A DNA stretch of 63,512 nt, filler included. It is 15 parts of 15 records of this genome, joined end to end, with 100 filler letters (N's around TTAATTAATTAA, not from the genome) between each part and the next. Parts side by side here need not be neighbours in the genome. Positions count along the whole stretch, not along the records: positions 55,516 to 59,929 come from SRR7504441_19814; positions 60,030 to 63,512 come from SRR7504441_19847; 13 more parts are not named here. One strand, given 5' to 3'. The notes under the pieces are model-generated. The model made no database searches. It had not been told where the DNA came from and was given only the letters and a program-made list of their open reading frames with translations. Positions within the stretch are counted from its first letter, which is position 1; each line of letters begins with the position of its first letter. Below, piece by piece: positions 55,516-63,512 of this stretch. The position numbers were made by a program, and so were the translations under genes.

Positions 55516-58500
55516 GCTTGCAGCACGGGCGAGTGGAGCCGGTGAGTCAGCACGTCATGCACACTGGTCACGTCTCGCCACATGGTGAGCTTGTGCTGCC
55601 ACTGGAGCTCAGCGCCGGGGCTTGTGCAGGCCAGGATCTCTTCCATCGACATCCGCGGAGTTGCGAGCCATTCTTCATGCGTCGAGGGGATCCGGAGCTC
55701 GGAGGGGGTCTGCAGCAGGCAAGCCAGTCGGACCTGGCCCTAGGCTCAGGCGCTGGGCGGAGCCCAAGGGCCGACCTGGGACGGAGTCACGCTGAACCGA
55801 CCGTCGGCCAGGCACGCGAAACGCGGGAACAACCGGGCAGTCAAGAAGCAGCGCTCACCGACCTCTGGCCAGATCCGTTCCGGGGAGATCTCGGCGAGGC
55901 TGAGGAACTGGTCGAGGGGTAGGCCATACACCGTCTCGGAAGCTCGGTCGCCCAGTTTGTAACAGACGACCACTGAATGGCCATCGCAGAGCCGAACCTG
56001 CTGGAGCACACCCGAAGGCGGCACCACCACGCTGGTTTGGGTGCTATCAGACGGAAGCGGCGGATCTGGCGCAATATCCGGGAGCAGATCAACGATGGAA
56101 ACCGGATCGGAGTGAAGGTTGTTGCAGATATCGAGCGAGGAGCACAGGCAGCCGGAATGGACCACCAGCGTCACACCTGCGGGCACAAAGCAGTGGTCCA
56201 CCACAGCGCCGCACCCGAGCTGCAGCCACATACTCAGAGCAACAAGCAACGCAGCGCACCTGAGGCACTTCCGCCAGAATGCTGTTGGTGGGCTGGCAGA
56301 CCTCATCCTGAGGGCACAGGCTGCGCACGTACTCTTGGGGCGACTGCAGGTTTGAGTAGGTGCCGTCAGGAGTGACAGCGTGGAGCAGGTTTGGCCCCAA
56401 CCGCGAGAGAGCTTGGCGCAGCTTTGCCCGAACGCTGTCGGGGGCCAGCTCAAGCGACTGAGCTTTGAGCGTGAGCACTTGGACCAGATCGAGCCACAGC
56501 CTGAAGTTGATCGGGACCACGCCGCTGTCCACCCCAAAATAGGTGCACGCGTCCAGCCCGTTCTCGTCCGCATGAAAATCGACCAGCGCGGCCGAAAATA
56601 TTGGGTCCATGAACGCGATCCCGCTCACAGTCGGCAGCCGGGCGCCAGGCTCAAACCCTCCAGCAGCATACAGCTCGTCCAGGGCTAAGCCATACAGCAG
56701 GTCCTGGACGGCCGAGTCACGATTCACTACGAGCACCCCATGTTGAACAGCATACTCGGGATTGCACGGGATTGCCAGAGCGGTAACACCCTTGTGCGTC
56801 CAGCTCCCGGGCTGACACAGCGCCGTCATGTCATGCACCACTGTGTGGGACTCTGAGCTGCACACCCACACGCCACACGGGGCCGCCCGGGCCAGCTCGG
56901 CCATCTGGTTGAGCAGCACGTCCATGTTGGACACTGGCAGCCCAGCCACTGCCGACACCGCGTGCGATGGAGCGGTGGCAAAGGCCCGACCGTGCCAGCT
57001 GTACGGAGTGCTCTTGTTCCGCATGTTCTGAGTAGGCCCTAGGTGAATGATCAGCACGTGCGCGCGCTGCAGAAGCTCAGTGTCGATGAACCGCTGGCCA
57101 TTCGCCGCCGACAGCCGCTCGGTAATTACCACAAGAGCATTCACAGTGGCTCCGCCCGAGCCGACTCTGGCACCGCCAGGGTCTGGCACCGGCACCACGA
57201 TTGTCTGCTTAGGCACGGCTGTCCTCATCTGCAGCTCATCGCAATAGGTCTGGGCACGAGCTAAGTCGTGCTCAGCGCACGTCACCTGCCGCCATGCTGA
57301 GCCGCGCTTCACTGCCAGCCTACCGCGATCGCAGTCCACGGTGCTGGCAAGCTCGGTTCTGGCTCCGGGGCTGAGATGGCCTCGGCGAGATGGGTTCTCC
57401 AGCAAGCCTGAGCCTCCAGATCGGCAGCGGCGACGGTCTGTTTGAGCGACAGTCGGGAGCCCTGCAACGGGCTCACTGGCTGGGTGGGCGGGCAGGGAGC
57501 CTGGGCCGTGTGCTGCCACAATGCGAGCGAGGAGCGCTGCCCAAGCACGAGCCTCATGATCACCACAGCCGCCGAGGTGCTCCCCTCGCGGGTGGGCATC
57601 ACCGGCCAGAGCTCAGCTGTCCACAGCGAGCGGCCCGCCCCGGGTTGGCCAGGCCAGACGGCCTCAGGCTTCAGCTCCAGCCGGCTGAGCGCTGTAGCTA
57701 CTGGCACCCCGAGCAGCGTGCCATGCTCGAGCTCGGCCTGCCCAATCCTCAGACCGGCCCGGCGGCGGACCGACCTTGGTGTTGTCGGTGGTGCGCATGA
57801 TGTGGGTGACGAATCCGGTCTGGCCGGCCTGACTAACTGGGAGGGTCTGCATGAAGCAGTTATCAGGCAGCTCGACAGGACCGTCAATCTGAGCGTCGGT
57901 CAATAGGCACCCGCTCCCGAGTTTGGCTCCTCCTTTAAGCCAGCAGTGCTCCAGCACGCACCCGGGTGGCACCGCAGCCCCGTCCACTACAGAGTTGATC
58001 ACACAGCTGCCCTCGGCGCCCTGCACGGAGCTCTTGAAATGCCTGAGCCTGGGTGGCGCCAGCTCTCCCAGCTCGCTCGCCAGGTGCTCAACGTACTCGC
58101 GCATAGTCCCGATGTGCACAAAGCTGCCCGGCTCGAGCACGGCGCAGTTGAGCTGTAGATCAGCCAGCCCTGCGGCCAGCCTGGCCCTGACTTGCCACAG
58201 CTCCTCCGGCCCGTCTGCCTTTATGTATTCGTCGGTAGCCTGCCGGCCGAGCGGATGCAGGAAGTCGCCGTACGCATCCACCTCGTGCCGGAGCACTCGC
58301 TCCCGGTCGGCTCGGAACAGCCCGAGCAACCTGACCGCTGTGCTCCTGTCAAACATGAAGTCGCTATCCGTGAGCACTTGCTCCTCCCCCGGGCCAGCCA
58401 GCACCGCCCCGGCCGCACGCATCAGCGCCAGCGGCGGTTTCTCCAGGTATCGCGCCGCGGTGCAGGTGCACGGTGGCCGCAGTTCGCCGGGCTCCAGAAC

Positions 58501-59351
58501 GAACACACCTGTTGTGGCCAACCTCACACTGCGGCAGCCGCTGGCGCACCATGACGCTCGCCAAGCTCGGCCGGGTTGCGCTGAGCAAAGGTGGTGAAGC
58601 CGGGCCGGGCGAGATCGAGCCCCGCGGGGTTGAAGCAGACCAAATCGTCGGCACAGGAGAGGAGCCAGCTGCCAGGGGGGACAGCCGCAGCCACTGAGGC
58701 GTAAGTGACCAGCTTGGCTTCGAGCATCGAGAGGAGCTGCCCGCCGGCCAGCTGGACCGGCAGCGGCGCAAGGATCTGCCCCCCCCCCGGTCAGCTGAGC
58801 CGGGCCCGACAGGCACCTTGCCGCCGGCCGAGTGGTTTGGCAGCCGCTGCGACCAGCCTCCGGCGTGCACCACCAGCACTCGGAACCGATCCATCTCCTC
58901 CGGGCTGTACAGCTCGGACAGCCTGCCCCGCGCTGGCAACCGGCCAGTGCCTGGCCCACCGCTCCAGTGCGAGCAAGGTCGCCCCGCCCGAGCCGATCCG
59001 AGGGCCGGGCGGGTCCGGGAGCACGTGCAGCCGGACCGAACTCGGGATGTGCCCGTCGGCTCGGCGGGCTCGGAACACCCGGCGGTAATGATCGGCCTGG
59101 GCCTGGTCGGAGGCGGTGACCACCAGCGCGTCCCAGAAGGTGAGCGGCCGCCCGATGTTGGCGGACCGGATCGCCCGGTGGTAGAGCCGCAGGTTGGCCT
59201 GGTGCGCCTGGCGGAGCAGCGCCGGACGGGCCGGCGGGCTGACGGCTGTCTCGGCAGCTCGGACGCCCCGAGCAGCCCCCGGTCTGCTCCGCTCGAGTGC
59301 ATCGAGCCGGGCGTTGAGCGCGCAAAGCACGGCGCCGGCACGATCTCCCAT
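55516..59351 (-). CDS. Fusion of fucose-1-phosphate guanylyltransferase (FPGT-type) and animal-type L-fucokinase (3' truncated, at least 6 introns)
   Basis: Domain 1: FWDALVVTASD...DPPGPRIGSGGAT...HAGGWSQRLP...DAYGDFL...SLWTAELWPV. Domain 2: WTAIA|VTC...DPGGARVGSGGATVNALVVITERLSA...LDACTYFGVDSG. Confidence 0.85.
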
Positions 59352-59498
59352 GCTGGGAAACAGTCGAAGGCGGCAACGGAACGAGCTCGAGGCTGCAGAA
59401 GGGGCCACCCGCACCGCCAGCTGGCGCGGATGCGTCGTTGGACTTCGTAGTTGAAGTCTCACGGGCAGTTTCGCGCGCCCAGCTGCAGTCTCACCGGG

Positions 59499-59826
59499 AT
59501 GTCGTTCTGGTGCCCCCTCGTCGCCCTTCTGTTGTGCTTGGGCCCCACGCTCGCCTGGGATCCCTGGGGTATGGCCCGGACGCCACCGATGGGCTTTGCG
59601 AACTGGAACGGGTTCGGCTGCAACTACACAGAGCGCACCTTCATGCAGGTAGCCGACTTTCTCAACTCGTCGGGGATGGCGGCACTTGGCTACTGGACAA
59701 TGATCATCCAGGAGTGCATCACTGCGTCCGGGCACCGTGACGCCGGAGGTGTGCCGCTGCCACTGCATGCCAAATCTCATGACGCCACAACCTCTGGTGA
59801 GCATTCGTTGCGAGCCCAAAACTGAT
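59499..59826 (+). CDS. GH27 glycosidase N-terminus with signal peptide (incomplete)
   Basis: GMARTPPMGFANWNGFGC...SGMAALGY...IIQECI...RDAGG. Confidence 0.85.
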
Positions 59827-60779
59827 AGTCTGCCGGTGTCAGCGGCGAATGAGCTGGGCGAAGGGTTGCAAGGCATGTCGGATGCGGTTAACCACATGGC
59901 AAGGTCCCTGACCGTTTCGATTTTTCGATNNNNNNNNNNNNNNNNNNNNNNNNNNNNNNNNNNNNNNNNNNNNTTAATTAATTAANNNNNNNNNNNNNNN
60001 NNNNNNNNNNNNNNNNNNNNNNNNNNNNNGAGCGCACCAAGAAGCAAGAAGATGGCTACTCCGACCCAGAAGATGGCCAGCAAGGCAGAATGCTCACTTT
60101 TGGCTGAATTTCGTTCAAGACTTTAGACAGATAGCTTTAGTAGATAGACTTGGCCGCGCGTTCTAGCTAGATAGCATAGCTATAGGCAGCGGCCGGTCGC
60201 TATAGACACCGGACAGGTGTACGATCGTATAAAATATAGATTTCTTCGTATGAGTCCAGTAAATACAGATTTATCTCGAGCCGCATCCACCTACTGCCTC
60301 CAGCCAAGCAGACCTTTTTAATCGATCACATATAGCGATTTCTGAGTATTATTGGAATAACCACCCGACCAACACTCTGCCCAAGCCTTAGGCCGAACCA
60401 CCCACCACACCGGCCGCAGCAGCCACGTCCATGGTCGGACCAGTACTGCTGCGAGCCCACGCCCCCCCATCCATCGGCCCCGCGGCCTCGAGAGACACGC
60501 ACCCCGCGCGCAAGCCATCCCGGCCCGGTGCTGCCCTCCCCAAGGCCCCGGCTCGCCCCCGCGTCGACCGCCCGGCGGCCAAATGTGTCCCGCCCCGTCG
60601 CGTGCCACCTGTTCGCACCCGCTCCAGCCCAAGCCTCGCCCGTGCGCCACCGGGACCACGGCGCACCGTCACCTGCGTCCCGCCGACTGCCGGCATGATT
60701 ACCACCGGCCACCGTGTCGAGAGACACGCACCCCGCCGTCTGACAGCTATATCCGGTCCAGCCGATCTGCACGGTGTGT

Positions 60780-61472
60780 CTAGACTACCCGGCCGGCGTT
60801 GGCCGATGTACACGAGCCGTTGGCTCCGGAACACGGTGACCACCTGTCCAGCCCCCGCTCCCCTTGAGTCGCATCTCGCTGAGGGCATCCCAGCCTCGCG
60901 AGCGACCGCCACCACGTCGCCGCTGGCGCTTGCCTGCATCGCAAAACGCTGGTGTAACGGCATCGGCAAATCGTGTGGTCCGTGTACAGCCCTCCGCTCA
61001 GCAAGCCCGATGCCTCCCCGAACAGCGGATCGTCCAGTCTGCGGGCCGGGGCGTAGGCCTCAGTGGACAGAAACGGCAGCCGGGCCCGCAGCTCGTCGGC
61101 ATCCCAGCTGGTGTGCGCGATGCCCAACCGGTTCATAGCAGCCTCCACGTCGGTCGGGAAACGGTCCCGCTCACCGGCCAGGATGAGCCCGCCGGTCGGT
61201 TTGTACTGGGCGATAACCTGGTCTGGCGGGGCCTGAAGGTAGTCGCCCCAGTGCCGCCAGCCCCAGTAGCCCTCCCAGGCAAGGCGGCACGAGTCAAGCC
61301 CGGTATAAAACACCCGGACGATCGCGGACGATGAGCTGGTCGACCCGCTGCCCGGGGCCGCCCCTCGGTCCAGACTCAGCACCCGCCGGCCGGACCGGGC
61401 CAGTTCCAGCGCGCAGGCGTTGCCGATCACCCCAGCCCCGATGATGATGGCGTCGAAGCTCCGGACGGCCAT
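60780..61472 (-). CDS. FAD-dependent oxidoreductase (DAO/sarcosine-oxidase-like), apparently 3'-truncated
   Basis: FDAIIIGAGVIG, GSGSTSSSSAIVR. Family-like sequence stops near 60975. Confidence 0.7.
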   Translation of the reverse strand: MAVRSFDAIIIGAGVIGNACALELARSGRRVLSLDRGAAPGSGSTSSSSAIVRVFYTGLDSCRLAWEGYWGWRHWGDYLQAPPDQVIAQYKPTGGLILAGERDRFPTDVEAAMNRLGIAHTSWDADELRARLPFLSTEAYAPARRLDDPLFGEASGLLSGGLYTDHTICRCRYTSVLRCRQAPAATWWRSLARLGCPQRDATQGERGLDRWSPCSGANGSCTSANAGRVV

Positions 61473-61615
61473 AGCTGGCCCAAGGCGGCGCGTTGCCGTT
61501 ATGGCGGCAATCAACCGCCTGGACGGCCTCTCACTCCAGCGCAGTCGAGGCGGACTTGGCCGAGCAGCTGCAGTCGAGTGGAGCAGGCTAGATCACCGGA
61601 TCACGAGCAGGTTCA

Positions 61616-63055
61616 ATGCAGCGGGTTGGTGGGGACGGCGGCTCGTCCTGGGCGTACACGGTTCGGCTGAAATACGAGCGGGCCGAGCTGCCGCTCCAGC
61701 TCAACGCCGATCCGAACGGCCCGGGGCTGGCCGGACTGCACGCGCAGGCCGCCCGGATGCTCGAGGTGCCCCAGGAAAGCCTGCGTCTAGTGCACCGGGG
61801 CCGGGTGCTCCCAAAGTCGGGGCCGGCCGGCGGGGTATTCAGAGGGGACCTGGTGATGGCGGTGGGGCCGCAGAGCCGGCATTTGGACGCCCCAGAGCCG
61901 GAGGTGCTCGCCCAGATGGTCGGCAGCTCGCCTGGCCAGGCGGCCGACATGCCGTCGGATGCGCACTACGGCCGGTGGGTCTGGCTGCTCATCCTGCTCG
62001 GATGTGAGGCAGTCGGGGCCGGCCGCGTCGGGGCCCCGGATGCTCTTCTGGCCGCGGCCGGGGCGATCGCCGGCGGCCATGCAGCCGGCTCATTCGGACG
62101 GTCGCTGGTGGGTATGTCCGGGCTGTGTGCCGGGCTGTGCGCGCTTGGGCTGCGGTTGGGGTTGAGTTGGTGGCTCCCGGAGACCTCGCAGCAGTGGCTG
62201 GCCTCCGCCGGGGGCCTGGCGAGTGGCGCTGGCACTGCTGCGGCCGTCACAAGCGTGATGGAAATGCACGCCGGAGTGCCACGGGTAGAGTACCTGTGCA
62301 CAGGGCTCGCCGCGGCCGGTTGGGCGGCAGGAGCCGGATGGCAGTGGCCGGCGCTGCTGGCGGGATCACTGGCTGCGTTGGCTGGCACCAGATTTTATTC
62401 GGAGCTCGAGACAGTTCAATGGAAAAGAACGCAGCCGCTGGTGGCAGCGCCCGCTGGACCAGAGCCGGAGGCGCCCGTCGGGCTGGGCCAGTGGTCAGGG
62501 GGCGCAGTGCTTGGGCTGGCAGGCGCTCTCGGGTGGGCGGCAGTGCCGGGGGCGGCTGTGATGGACTTGGGGCACTTGGCCACCGGGCTGGCTGCACTCA
62601 CGTTTGCTGCAGCCGCCGCCTGGCCGAGCCTGATAATACTGAGTTCGGCTTTATTGGTGCTGTGTGCGACGCTCAGTCCGTTAGCTGCGCCGTGGGTGCT
62701 CTGGCCGCTGGCCGCACTCTCTGTGGCAACCAGCGCAGCCGGGCTGCTCGTACTTGCCTCGGGTCCAACTGAAGACAGCTCGTGCTACGGTCGAGCCGGC
62801 CGGTGTGGTGTGTGGGTAGCCGGCTGGCGGCTGGCGGGAATGCTCCAGCCGCTCATGTCGCCACTTGGGCTGTGCCGGCTCGCAGTGGTGCTGGCCGCTT
62901 GTGGGATAGTGACCCAGGCGACAGACAAGTGCCCTGGTTGGCACGGCTCATACGAGTTGGTGCCTCAGGCGGCCGACGAGCAAGACGACCAACCGGCAGT
63001 AATGCCAGACAGCTCCGTGGAACCGGGCACCGCGCCAAGCGAATCAATGGTTTGA
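61616..63055 (+). CDS. Ubiquitin-like domain fused to a G/A-rich polytopic membrane region, intronless
   Basis: VRLKY...LAGLHAQAARMLEVPQESLRLVHRGRVL, then about 10-12 hydrophobic segments. Confidence 0.6.
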   Translation: MQRVGGDGGSSWAYTVRLKYERAELPLQLNADPNGPGLAGLHAQAARMLEVPQESLRLVHRGRVLPKSGPAGGVFRGDLVMAVGPQSRHLDAPEPEVLAQMVGSSPGQAADMPSDAHYGRWVWLLILLGCEAVGAGRVGAPDALLAAAGAIAGGHAAGSFGRSLVGMSGLCAGLCALGLRLGLSWWLPETSQQWLASAGGLASGAGTAAAVTSVMEMHAGVPRVEYLCTGLAAAGWAAGAGWQWPALLAGSLAALAGTRFYSELETVQWKRTQPLVAAPAGPEPEAPVGLGQWSGGAVLGLAGALGWAAVPGAAVMDLGHLATGLAALTFAAAAAWPSLIILSSALLVLCATLSPLAAPWVLWPLAALSVATSAAGLLVLASGPTEDSSCYGRAGRCGVWVAGWRLAGMLQPLMSPLGLCRLAVVLAACGIVTQATDKCPGWHGSYELVPQAADEQDDQPAVMPDSSVEPGTAPSESMV

Positions 63056-63307
63056 CTTATCATAACACCATGGACGCATATTTGTTATGTCGCGCGGTGT
63101 AGTCCGTGATCAAATATATTCAATTAATATTCAATCATACCGTAACATAACCATGATGCGTCGATGGATGATGCGAGTATTTCAACTACTTGATCGCTAT
63201 AACTATGTACCAGGTAGTAAAGTAGAATCGATCTCCTTCTTTCTTTGTACTTTCTTTGTGCAGCCATAAATACGTTCTATTTGAACATTGAATCCCATTG
63301 ATTTTCT

Positions 63308-63512
63308 TCAGAGCCTCCCCTCTGCAAAGTCTTCCAGTATCGTCCACCACCAGTCTGCATACGGCCAGTCGTAGACGCCGTCCTTATTCAGCCGGAAGAT
63401 ATCGAGCGCATTGCCGCCCTGCCGCGACACCTCAGCCACGAAGGCGCGCGCCGTCGTCTCGTTCCACTCCTGGCTGTAGCCGTGGCGGCCAACGCGACGA
63501 CCGACGCGGCCA
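63308..63512 (-). CDS. 3' end of a hypothetical gene
   Basis: ...EWNETTARAFVAEVSRQGGNALDIFRL...DWWWTILEDFAEGRL*. Confidence 0.5.
   Translation of the reverse strand, partial: GRVGRRVGRHGYSQEWNETTARAFVAEVSRQGGNALDIFRLNKDGVYDWPYADWWWTILEDFAEGRL

Noticed and set aside
141-57323. Introner-type transposon family explaining the small introns
   Set aside because: No shared terminal inverted repeats or multi-copy intron sequence across genes in this window; similarity is local.

Overview
This is not one locus. It is 15 short contig pieces joined by 14 artificial 100-nt linkers (N44-TTAATTAATTAA-N44), so gene adjacency only counts within a piece. The DNA comes from a gene-dense, GC-rich microbial eukaryote using the standard code; I cannot assign the lineage. 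Genes were reconstructed by hand-splicing. They carry roughly 80 inferred spliceosomal introns, mostly 35-50 nt, at least 7 with GC donors. Thirteen divergent gene pairs have start codons only 41-147 bp apart. Recognisable genes include clathrin heavy chain, RPL18, IST1, an ABC-F protein, NKAP-like, TRNAU1AP-like, a two-pore channel, RhoGEF, Myb, an F-box/beta-helix protein, rhomboid, GH27 and a class 3 lipase. The most striking signal is in the introns: many appear to be built from copies of their own gene. The clearest case is a 43-nt intron (36638-36680) that is a 38/39-nt copy of the end of the same CDS, inserted at a duplicated GCAGG. Other introns are direct, tandem or fold-back copies of flanking exon sequence or of a neighbouring intron, and a ubiquitin 5' fragment shows the same fold-back scar. 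I infer ongoing intron creation by locally templated break repair rather than by Introner transposons. Other notable items: an in-frame animal-type FPGT-fucokinase fusion beside an atypical GH27; a TPC channel with a PAS-like domain and DxDGDG repeats; a divergent DUF1826 / Cys-tailed flavoprotein pair resembling bacterial zinc-starvation modules; and a giant-virus-like membrane gene. All family assignments come from motif recognition; no database searches were run.
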